DNA of 39,730 bases from Intoshia linei (lineage: Eukaryota > Animalia > Orthonectida), in the NCBI GenBank assembly GCA_001642005.1, contig LWCA01000213.1:1-39730 (forward strand). The letters run 5' to 3'. The notes under the pieces are model-generated. The model was given only the letters and a program-made list of their open reading frames with translations, did no database searches and was not told the origin of the DNA. Positions 12,171-25,200 of this stretch are shown one piece after another. How positions within the stretch are numbered: the stretch's first letter is position 1; each line of letters begins with the position of its first letter. Made by a program: the position numbers and the translations under genes.

Positions 12171-13215
12171 TATATTAATATTTTGCCTTAAAGTCTACCT
12201 TCTTAAAAACCACAATAATGAAGATAGAAATTAACTCTAAAATATAAAACGGATACCCAATAAGGTAAACAAAATAAATACACAAGAGCCATAAAAACGA
12301 ATACTAAAGTAATATTGTATCAAATTTAGTAAATTAAAGTTTAGTTTGTTAATGTTAAAATGGTGTGCGCAACTCGAATAGCCATTTTTTTTAAAAGTTA
12401 ATAAATGATTATATTGATATTTCATGAATACATCAAATCTACACTAGGCGCCAAAGAAATTCCAAAATTTTAAAAAAATATATGTGACGCCTTAATCATT
12501 AGGGTCTAATGTACATAATTTGTGATATGCATTTTTTAAATGCTATTACTCCAAATGATTGAAGTGTGAATAATTTACAATCGGATAGAAATAATTATTA
12601 TATTTGATCTATTAGTAAGTAGCACTTTAAGGAAAATTAATTATTATATTCAAATTAGGGAATAAAATTTGGGTCAACAAACTATATTATGAAGGAACGT
12701 GATTTTTTGAAATTATTCCTAACATCTTAGAAACTTTGTATAAAAATTAAAATACATCTGGAACCATTTCACCAATTAATATGGCCACCATCACGTATAT
12801 TGATATTATTTGCATTAGTAGAGTGGAATTATTTTACATCCTAAATATTTTGAAAAATATATTTTTTAAAAAAATTATTAAGTCTAGACAGCTGTGGATT
12901 GGTTCAAAAAATTTGAAATTTAAGTTTCTTAATAAAAATCGTATATAATGTATTATAGTTTTAAACATTTCAAAGTTTTATTTCATTTTAATCCAGTTAA
13001 TTAATCATAATACAAATGTACTAAGTTGATTGACATGTACTTCCATGCAATTAACTTGTTCACTAAAAAACATTTATAATAATATAAGGTTATTCAATTG
13101 ATAAAATTTCATCAATACAATGCATTAAATGCGTAGCCTTCTTGGTGTCATTGACAAATATTTTATGACTACGATATAAATAAAATTATCTACAGTTAAA
13201 AATTAAATCGACTGA

Positions 13216-16200
13216 ATGAATGTGAATTTGAAACTTTTTATTCTATTTTTGTTTTTTAAAGGTATTTTTAAAAATATTGTGTAATTATTGTAATATGCTT
13301 TCTCTAAATTCGATAAAGCTAAACATAAAAACATCAATTTATATACAGTCTAAGCCTTATTAACGGAATTGAAAATTCCCTAATTCTGTTACTATGAAAA
13401 TTTACCCATGGTAACACCCTTTTTAACGGAATTCAAGAAAAAATAAATAATTCAAAATTCCGTTAATAAGGACTTAGAGTGTAGCTAATTAAAAATAAAA
13501 ATTTTTAAAATTTTAAAAACACCAATTGATACTTAACAGTAAATGATTGATAAAACTTTTTTATCACCTACTTGTCGATTTTGTCACGTTTCAAAGCAGT
13601 AGCCGTATACAACCCGTTACGTAAGGTATAAGGTTAAGGTACAATACATATAAATAAGAGACTAATGTATTTTTCAGTTTGTGTACTGACCAACTCTAAA
13701 AATGAAACCAATTGACTTTTCAAAATAAGGAATTTATAAAATTTATAATTTAAATATCCAGGAAATAATTTTCTTATACAAAAAGAAGTTTGTCATTTAA
13801 AATTATCATGTGAAGACTGCTTGAAAACGATGGATTGTTTTTGGTGCGCAGATCCAAAATTTTTACATGTAATAATTTCACTGTTTACAAATGTACAAAC
13901 AGTAAATATCATTAAATAAAATTAAACTTTACCAAAACATGAAGAAGATAGCATCATGTAATAGAAAAGAAATTTTGATTTACATTTGTTAAATCGTTAA
14001 AAATTTAATATTTTTAATATCAGAGTTGGTTTAATCAGAATTAAAAATGTATTTCTGTTTATTTATTAATTTGTTCCAGTTTATTTAATAAAGTAACAGG
14101 AGTCGAGTTTTAAAAACCCTATATTTCTTTTAAAATTGTTTGAGGGTGATGTTTTATCGCAAATTTCATTTTCAGAAATTAAGTTCTTCAAGGGCAAAAA
14201 CCCCAATTATTATTTTTTTTAAAATTTAAACCAATCCTAGAATTATAAAAAATACACAATCTGATCAAGATTTTAAAATCATCACGATTATAATATATTT
14301 CAAAATCTTATATCTTCACTACCAGGAACCCTAATTATCCTTGTTTGTAAAAATGAATATTTTGGACATTAATATTATTTTTGTAATTTAGAGCAAACCA
14401 CGTTGTTTGGAGGCAGAATTTGCACCATTTAAATGTTTAAATGATTTAATAACGTTGGGTTTAACAAGTGATGAAAATTTTGTGGTAAAATTCTACTATT
14501 TTTAATTTGTATTCATTATATTATACATTATACATGTATTGTATTAATACATTAATATATTTACACTGTACAAAATTTTTTGTAAAATTTTAAAAGATCA
14601 GAACGAAATTTAGTTTATGACATAGATAACACTGTCAGGATTCGAATGATGTTTGTGATTGTATCTGGTTAGATCGTAATCTTGAGATATTTCATTTTTA
14701 AAGTGTATATATAAAGAAATTTATATAATACATAGAATTAAGTTATATTGAAGTTGATGTTAAATTCAATTTTGTGACCCTTTAAAAATATAATTTCAAA
14801 AAAAATATTAAATTAGCGTTGAGTTTATATAAGTATATAACATATTCTGAGGAAAAATTTACGATATCTAGTGTAGATAAAAAATTGGCTTTGACCTTTA
14901 CCATAATTTTTAAAAAAAAATTGGTTTTTTTTTGAAAAGAACAGAACATTTTGATATATACCATGTATCTCAAAATATGTAGCTTATACTGTATTAGATA
15001 TGAAATTCTGGTTAGATCTCAAAAAAATCCCACCTCTTAACATGTTGAATATTAAATATTATCACATTAATTATGTATTTATTAATATTGAATAATATTG
15101 TACCTTGTACACTATAGATTGAAAAGGACGATGAAAAAATTAACGTTAGCACTGTTAAAAGTAAAAAATATTAAATTTTTAATTATTAATTTTAGACTAT
15201 AAAAATGAATTTTTTAGATCGATCAAAAACATTTTCAATTAAAATAATTAATCCAAATGTGTACAAAACAGACATCTATTTTTTAACTGATGCGAGCTAC
15301 ACAATGCAAAGGTATATCGACGCAATTTCGGATGAAATGGAAATTATTCGTAATGATAAAAAATTTTTATAATTTAAAATTTAATTTATATAGAAAATAA
15401 CCTTTCTGATAATCAAACCGACGCACAATATAGATATGGATTTTGTAATAATTTAGATTTATATATTTTACATTTTAAAGTTTTAAATAAATAGAGATTT
15501 ATTTAGTTGTTGAAAAACCAAATAGCCCCTTTTCAAATTACAAAAAGTATAAATTATTAATACAAACGCATAGTTAGGTTGCTTATAACAGTGCAGAACT
15601 AAACCTAACATAATCACACAGAGAATCTTGAAATAACCCATAAATAATATTGAGATAAAAAGTTGAGGCTGCAGCCGGGGAGAGTATCGTTATGTTAGGT
15701 TCGGTTCTGACAGGTTGGTCAAGTTGTCTCATTCAATGTTGAGAAAAAACTGAAAACTATGAGCTTTTGAACAGATTTCACAAATTTATATCAAACATTT
15801 TTTTTTTACTTACATTTAAATTTGTTAGTACATTTCTCAAATATTGAAAAAAAATTAAATCATTGATTTAATTAATTAGCATTGATTAATTAGAAGCTTG
15901 ACTACCCTTCATTTTTTAAATACCAATTTAAATTATAAAACTAGTATAAAATCTGGTGTCGATGTTTTTTTTCCAGTTAAAGAAAATATTACGAAAGTGG
16001 ATGTAGGTTTTATCAATAAAACAAATCTAATTTAATTTGCGTTTACTTTATGTCCATTTCATGGGTTCATTTTATAGTGTTATCTGTCAAGTTTTTTTGT
16101 TTTAGAGAAATTAATTATTCAGAATTTTTCAAATAAAATGTAAATTTCATTTATGTTAGTCTTAATCTTTAATCTTTGGTAGTTTAAAAATAAGCATTCA

Positions 16201-19200
16201 CGTTATTATGATTAATAAAATTCGGGGATTCTTGATTTATTTTATAAATTTTATTTAATTTTTTTTTAGTTTCGTCAGTATATTAAAGCAAATCAGGACG
16301 AATTGGAAGCGGGATTTGAAGCAATGGTTCAAGTTGTAATGTGCAATGAGGTAAATTCAAAAAATTTTAAAAAAACCGGTGGACTCAACAAAAATTATAT
16401 ACATTACATCCTTTACTTATATAAAATTTTATTTGTGTGTAATCATTTATTTAAAAAAACCTCAACGGTTAATACAGTTTTCAAGAGTGATGCAAAATCG
16501 AAAATTTAATTTACCTAAATTGAGTTTTTCAGGTTAAAAAACCCAAATTGGCTTTATTTTAAAAATAAAACCAATTCTAAAATTAAAGAAACACATATCC
16601 TTGGACTCGTTTGAAAATCATAATATTTATAGTGACTTTATTAATACATTTTAAAAAAAGGACAATCTGTGGTTATGATTCTGAAATGAATTTTTTTCAG
16701 GTTGGCATTTATTAAAATTCATATCATTTTAAAAACTATCCCATAATTTGTTTTATAAAATTTTAGGATTTTAATATTTGAAAAATTTTCATTTTTTAAA
16801 CATAGGGTCACTTGTGCTTTTGACCGTGAAAGTGTGCGTTTCTTAGGCTGAGATTTACGACAATGTTAATGATTTTAAAACGCGTCTCAGAATTTATGTT
16901 TTATGAAATTTTTGGGCTAATTTGGGCTGATTTTATTTTTAAACAAAAAGGTAAATTGGGTTTTTTACCATGAAGGAATCAAACTCGGAAACTGAAAAAT
17001 AGATATAGACACGCCTTGCGAAACACTGTATTGGAAATTGAGTTTTTTAAATTCTACGACTGTCAATTTTTTAAATATACAGTAACACACACAGACATTT
17101 AATTTTATAAAGTAAACGATATATACCGTATTTTTCGGAGTATAATGCGCACCCTTTTAGATGAAAAATTAGGAATGCACCTTATACGCCAGTGCGCCTT
17201 ATGAGGATTTTGCAAGGAAAATTTTTTTCTAACTATATATTGTACCATTTGATTCATAATTTTTTATAGAAATTCTTCTGTTAAAAATAAAATAAAATGC
17301 GCCTTATATGTGAATTTTGTGTTGTAAATTGTTTTTTTATACAGGGTGCGCCTTATACTCCGAAAAATACGGTAATTATAATTATTGTTTTTACGTTTAT
17401 ATGAAGTAATTAATATATACCTTAATATGTAATTTAAATTTAGTCGAAATGAAAAAAAGATATTAAATTAGATGTTTTTAATTAGAAAAAATTACTGTCA
17501 TTGCCGAAATATCATTTTTCACTTTTTTATTTCTCTAAATAATTATTTAAATTATAATGTAATTATAAAATAATTCATGGAACCCCAAAAATCTTTTGAG
17601 GACCCTGGGGTCCACATGGATTTCGTTGAGAATGGCTGCTTTAGATGATTAAATTGAAATCATTTCATTTCAATAGCTTATAATAAGACCTGCGGGGATG
17701 TGGAAAATTTTAATGCCGTAGTTTTGTGTATTTTAGTAATACATTGCACGAAAAAACTATAGCACATTCATAAAACTACATGAAAACGCTTTAAAAAGTG
17801 TGGTTTTGTTAAAAATATTTTGTATACTGAATTTTAGTTTGAGAGCACCGCGGTGCACCGGTACAAAAAATTACATTATAACATGAATATTTTATTGGCG
17901 AGACATTTTTATATATTCAATTGGGAACATAAAAATCACAATCATACTATAATGAATACATTCGCGATTTCTTAGAAATCTTTTTGTATAGGGCGGCCCA
18001 AACATACTAGGGTCTAAACATTATCGTTAATTATTTTTATTAAATTAGATATCTGGATGGCGAAACAAATCATCTAAATTTATTATTTTTGCTTCAGATA
18101 AAGAACAACATTTAGCTGGAGACGGGAGAGTTTTTTATGTAAAAAAATTGCATAATTTAAGTTTTAGTTTTTGGGTATATTTGAACCAAACAGTATGCAG
18201 TGTCATACAAATTCGAGTTACATTTATACAAAATCGTTGGAACAGGTTATTTTTAAAATATTTAATATATTAATTATGATTATGGAAAATCTATTTAAAT
18301 AACCATTAAAAATTTCATCCTTCCAAATTCCTAAATTAATCCTATGAGTAAATTGAAAAGTTATATTTTCTAAACTTTGAGTGAAAATCTAATAACGTCA
18401 TCTTTGGATTTATATATTCTTTTTACAACCTTTTAGTTTGTAAAATACATCGTTAAAATTCCATTTTGGTAATCTGTTACGAGTCAAGATAGATCTGGGC
18501 GACCAAACATAATTTTTTATTTAATTTAATCATTGAATCTTACCGTTTCGTAAAATAGAGTTGGTATGCACATAATTTTGGATTGTTTTATAAAAAATAA
18601 AATTTATCTTGCTAGGGATAGATTTTGGATGCATTCAAATTTAATTTTGATATATGTTATAATATAACATTGTTATATATTGCTAGTTTATAGTACACAT
18701 ATTTGCCTTAAAGCCCAGCACAAGTCGAATTTTCCGGTTTTATCTTAATTCTAACCCCTCAAAATTGTTCATTAACCGCCAGTGAAGGATTTGTCATGGA
18801 AACGTAGTTTTTTCTAATCCGCGCGTAACCACCATACAGTTTTTATTTGATTAAGATGCGTATATTCAAAAATGTATATTCTAACAGGTTGACTTGAAAT
18901 TTTTAAAAAAAGGAACGTATAAGGAATCATCATTGAAGGTTAACGGAGAAATAGTTTTCTACAATATCTTAATATATTTTAGGATTACCCATCCGTGTAC
19001 CAACTAAAAAAAATGTTGCAACTCACTGGCATACATGTTATATTTTTTGTGAGTAATGAAAGTATTGAATTTTACAAATCTCTTAAAAATTATCTTCCAA
19101 ATTCTGACATTGCGTCCTTTTCTTCAGATTCCGATATTACTGAAATTATTACTCAGACTTACAAAGTAATTTTTAAATTATAATTTTTTCGGTTTATCAA

Positions 19201-22200
19201 TATTTATTGTTTATTTGTGTGTTTAGTCTGCTAGAACATCTTTGGGGATTTCAGTGGAATCAATTTCTTCTAGTAATGTGACTGTCTTTATAACTGCAAC
19301 TTGCCAAAATGTTGATCCAATAAATAAAAATACTTGTATTTATATAGATGATGATGTAAATTTTTATAGACATTAAAAATTGTCGAATTTATACTACCCA
19401 AGTAAAAATCTTAACCTAGTATCATCCAAACCGGCGAAAATTAACATTATGATATTATATAATATTAAAAATATTCGGAAACGACATAATGTCGAATAGA
19501 TCATAGCCAACTCCCTCGGATGAAATTGACATTTATGATATTGAACAATAAAAATTATTTTAATACTCAATTTGGAAAAATGAGTATCTTATTTTACAAA
19601 ACTTTTGTTTAGGCCCCAGAGGAGGAACCTCTGGTACGGTAACTTTAGCTCCGATCAATTCCCTTTTATGGAGTAACTTTTATCTAAATAACTTTACTAC
19701 AAGTTATTTTTATGCATGGTACAATTTTGTTAAAGGTCACCAAAATTGTTCGTAAACCGATTATAGACTAAATTTAATTACAAAAATTTAAATAATGCAT
19801 CAAAATTTAGTTGAGTTTCAATGTGACTATTTTCAATGCTGGCGAATTTGATGATTTAGTTAATGTTACACTATCAACCTTTGGATATTTTATCAAAAAA
19901 TTATCAGTATCGATTGGCTTTTATGATACCTGCAATTGTCATAAAGTAAACTTATCATATTCAATTTAATTTTGCATGTGTTTAAAGTTATAATTTGAGT
20001 TTTAGGTTATGGATTCTAATTGTGAAAATGGGGAACGAGATTGCGGACAGTGTAAATGTATTAACATTGTTCCATGTAAAGTGTAATTTTTAATTTAAAA
20101 TGTAACTGCATTGATAAAATATATTTAATCTCAAGTAAATATGAGTGAGTTGATCTTATATGGTTGTTGATTTGTATTTTTAACTTTTGTCTTTTAGAAA
20201 TTGCGCTGAGGGTATGTTTTGTAATGAATGTACCGGTCAATGTAATTGCTTGCCGTGTATATTGGATAATGAAACCAATCTCAGGTGTTCTGGTATATTT
20301 TATTAAATATTTACAAATTAAACAATATTATAATTTACTTGAACCACTATAATATAGGATATGATATAATATAGACTCAATGGTTGGTAAATGTGGAATT
20401 TGAATAATTTTTATTTCAATAAAATAGTTACCAAAACAAATTAATTCTATAATGCTTTTTTGACCTCGAAGAATCATGTAATTATCTGAACGTTAACTGA
20501 ACATAGCTGTTATAGATGTGAGTTTTTTTAAAATTCTAGGACTCTTAATTTTTAAAAAAAAAGTTACTCTGTGGTTTTGATTGTGAAATGTAAGTTTTGA
20601 GGTTAAGATTCACTATTATGCTAATCGTTTTAAAAAAATCGCATAATATGTGTTTTTTAAAATTCTAGGACTAATTTTATTTAAAATAAAACGATATTAC
20701 AGTGTTTGACTCTGAAGGACTCAATTTCCCAAAATATAATTTGCCACTACATATCACTATCAAAAAACTGTATTAGAAATTGGATTTTGTAAATTCTATG
20801 ACTTTTTATTTAGTATGTAACAATAAAATAATACCTTTCTCTCTACAATTCGAAAATCATATACAGTAGGGATGTGAATTTTAGTAGCTTTTTTGGAAAT
20901 TTTATAGTGCAGGAACGGAGAAAGTCGCTTATGACATTTTTATGGTTACACTGAAAAAACATAATTTTGGAAAATTTTTTGGCGAGACGCTTGCGATTTT
21001 AAAGATCCCATACAAAAATTTTCTACAAAAATTAAAATATAACTTTATTTAATGCAATGTTAGCATCGAATGTGTTATTCATGTTTTGAGTGATCTTGTG
21101 TTGATCGTCATGTTTGGTTGTTCACTTTGCATCTTGAAATTCAATTCTACCTCATTTATTTTTGTTTTTAGTGGAAATTTGTATCAATGAAAAATGATAA
21201 TTTTAAACATGGATAAAATAAAAAGTAAACGAGGTAGAATTAAATTTAAAGATGTAAAGTGAACAACCGAACATGAAGATCAACACAAGACCACTCAAAA
21301 CATAGTTAACACATTCGATGCCAACATTCCATTAAATAAAGTTATAATTTAATTTTTGTAGAAAATTTTTGTATGGGATCTTTAAAATCGCAAGCGTCTA
21401 CGCAAATTTTTATCTAATTTAAATAATTTTTTTTGTATTGTCATTTTTGATTAATTACTCAACTTTTTCCGATCCAGCACTTAATTTTTAAAATTTTGTA
21501 ACACCCTCTAATATACAGTCATGGTTTATTCAGCCATAACGAACACTCATCATACTTAACATGACTCTATAACGAACAAATTTTTTTTTAATTAATACAA
21601 ATTTCAACAGTTAATGTGAAATTTTACCGAACATATAATATGAAGATTACGAACAGCTCTAAAAATGGATCGCTGCTGTTCGTTATGGCGAAACATGACT
21701 GTATAACATCATACATTTTTTTGAAAATTACATGTTATTAACAGCGGTATGATGTATTTTACAACGGTATAAAAAATTTTATCATTGAATATAAAAATTA
21801 ACATATGTAGGTTTTAATTAAAAATGGCTATAATTAAAATTAGGAAACGGTAATTGTAATTGTGGTGCCTGTGAATGTTATGCTCAATATACCGGAAATA
21901 ATTGCAAAGTAATATTTTCTATTAAAAACCTACAAAATTATTATCTAAGTAAATTAGTTAATTTAATAATTTATATGTAATATGTAATATTTATGATCTA
22001 TAAAATTTGAATTTTTTTATTTTTATAGCTAAAAATTGAATCAACGGATAATTGTCTTGCTTGCTTGAAAAAATGCCCTACTCCTTTTAAAATTTGCAAG
22101 AAATGTTTGGTACTTAATTATTAATAAATTTATTAAATTTGAAAAATTAGCAATGTGATGATTGTTTCACATATATTCCATGTATAATGTGTCACTTAAA

Positions 22201-25200
22201 TCAAGATTGGCTTACAAGCGACAAATGCAAGTTGTGTTCATTTGACATTCAACAAAGTGAAGATAACAATCAAGATTATTGTAATATATTCCTTATATAT
22301 CTATATCTGTGGTTTCCAAACTTTTTACTGTAGGCGCACTCAATATCTAAAAAAATTTTTTAACACTTCAAATATTTGGCCAAAAAATTCGACTGAGTTT
22401 TGCTGGAATAGTCCCCAAAAAAACGTGGATCAAAATCTTAAAACATTATCAAACTTACAACAAAACATTAGGTGATTTGTTTGTCTTAGACAAACATACA
22501 GATATAAAAATGTATGTAAGTTGAAATTTATAAATTAAGGAGTATAACAAACACACACATTAATTCAGGTACAAATTAATATATAATTGTAAATTAAAAT
22601 GATTTAATTAAATTTTGGAATGACAATTAAGAATCTCCTGACGCGCCTAATTTTGTCTTGCGACGAACTAGAGCAGGGGTGCACAACCTGCGGCCGTTGG
22701 CAATATGTGATGATAATGTCAAAGTAATAATAAATTTTGTGCGACGGTAGTATCAATGAGTAAATAAGCTTTTTAGATTTTTAAACAACAGATTGGTGTA
22801 TTTAAGTAGGTTTGTGTTATCAATTTTTAAAAAACATGCATCATATATACATTTATAAAACGTTAAAAAAAATAAATGAAATGAAATGAAATTTTATTTG
22901 TTAACAAATTGGAAATCATGGCGCACCCAATTGATTAAAAAATGTACAATTAAAATGAAAAATAATACAAAATTTGATCAAAATTTTTTATGCTTCAAAA
23001 TTACCACACAGTACATTTATATGTGTAATTTATTCTTAATTAACTTTATTATAAAATGTAATTTTTTCAAAGATATCAGAAATTATCATGATTAGTTCAT
23101 ATATTTTAGTGCATTTCTTTGTATTAACTCAAATCTTACTTCTTTCATAGAATTCTTAGAATTCCCAGAAAAAACGAATAGCTTAGTGTTTAATTATATT
23201 TAATGTATATCATCAGGATATTCAACCTATACTGATTTTTATAATTACTGAATCAATTTAATGTGAAATATATGAATTAAAGTCCAACAGTCATTCAAAA
23301 TTCATGCCAAGTTTTAAAAATGAAATTAATAAGATATGCCATGTTAATTTTCTAATTTTTAATTCTATTTGATGGCTTCATTGACGACTAACCCGACATA
23401 GTAATTAAATCAGACACTATAACAGCGTTTTCCAATTAGTGGGTCGCGAAATATTTTTTAGTTATTTATTTTTTTTATTTTAAAAAACAAACTATAAAAT
23501 AGTTCTAAACATATCAATTTTTTCAGTTAGTACTAATTATATTTACATGTCCATGAATTACCTTAATAATGTTAAATTTATTCAGTTTTGTGGGTGTAGG
23601 AGTGATTCTAGTATTAAAAAGCGAAACAATTATCAGAATTGCAATAAATCTATCAACTTTTTCCTAGAAATTGTTATTATCGTATTTTATATATTCCATC
23701 AGAATCACAGATAATCAGATACACTTTTCGATACTTCGATGTATTTTCTAAAAGTTTCTTTTTTAAAACAATCGAATGTAAAGGTTATAAAAAGAGCGGG
23801 CTTCCTATTTGTTACTAATAATTATCTAGAAAATAAAAAAAATTTAAAATAAAAATCAATTATTTCAACGCATCAATAAAAATATTAATAATGGTTATCT
23901 TAAATTTTCTCTTACGTATTTATACGAAAAAGGTTTTTATATTTGATGTGTTAATAAAAAAAATTAATGATATTGTTGAAAAAAATGATAAAATAATCAA
24001 GTCTAAATTATAATAGAATTCTAACTGATTTAATAATTACAAATTTATTAATCTAAATTTAACCTATGGTCGCTTTTCATTTTCTATAAAAAGTGGGTCG
24101 TCAAGCTGGATCATTTGGAACGGCTGGTCTAAGCATAATTTAATATAAAACTTTTTTTTTATTTAATTGTATGATTTAACAGCCAAAGGAGATTATTGTT
24201 CTGTTGAAACAGAAGATCAATGTTTTGCGTACTTCAAGAAACCCAATTCAACGGATTCCTTGATACAATTACATTTAGGTTTGTTCTAGCTTATATCTAT
24301 ATATCTGAATTTATTTTCGTATATTATTTTCAAAAAATATTTGATTAATCTATTTTCAAATTCACCTTTGACTGAATTATTTTTCCCAGGATACGATATC
24401 GGCCACTTTGAAAAGCGTTGATCAGTAGCGTTTTTTCTTAACCTTTTTTCTTTTTGAGCGCACTTGGAAGCAAGTAAAAAAGTTTTAGTACAATAAACAA
24501 AAAAATATGATCTCAATGACATTTTCCAGTAGGGTTGCCAACTGCGTTATTTTCCCCCTGAGAATTCGGGTTTTCAAATTCAACTCAGGTCTTAGGGTCA
24601 GTTATATTTCTCAAGGTAATTTAATTATTTAAATCAAACTCATCAGATCAGACATATTTTATTTATATTTTATAATTTTTTTCTGTTTTATTGTTGTAAT
24701 AAAAAATCATTATTTTGATTATACATCGTTTTATGTAATTGTTTAAATTAAAATAAATTGCCTATTACAGTAATTCCGTGATGCTGAATTTTTACCCAAT
24801 CTCAAAAACACAAAAATTCCATGGTAACACTAAAATAATGAGCATGACCTCCTACAAACCATGTTTTTACGACGACCACCCCGAATTTTAATATTTTAGT
24901 ATGATGAAAAAATACTCAGAACGAAAAAGTCAAAATTCTAGACGATTCTATAGAGTAGATTTTAAAATATATAAGTATTTTTAATAATCTTAATTATGAA
25001 TTTATACAAATCTAAATTATTTTAACAATTTATGTATTCTCCAGCAGTACTCACCAAGTAAGTTTTCAATTTTTTTCCCATCGAATGTTTGTAAATCCAG
25101 TCATAAAATTAGTAACAATATAACAAAAAAATAATGCGCTTACAGTAAATATTCGTAAAGATATAGTGATTTATAATAAAGTTACAATAAAAACGACATT

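Noticed and set aside
13665-13735. Alternative integrin start or extra exon (MYFSVCVLTNSKNETN)
   Set aside because: In-frame TGA and no suitable GT donor; 13216 gives a phase-compatible signal exon.
25050-25200. Minus-strand membrane-protein-like fragment ending at a gtgagt donor
   Set aside because: Stops in all frames and no partner exons.
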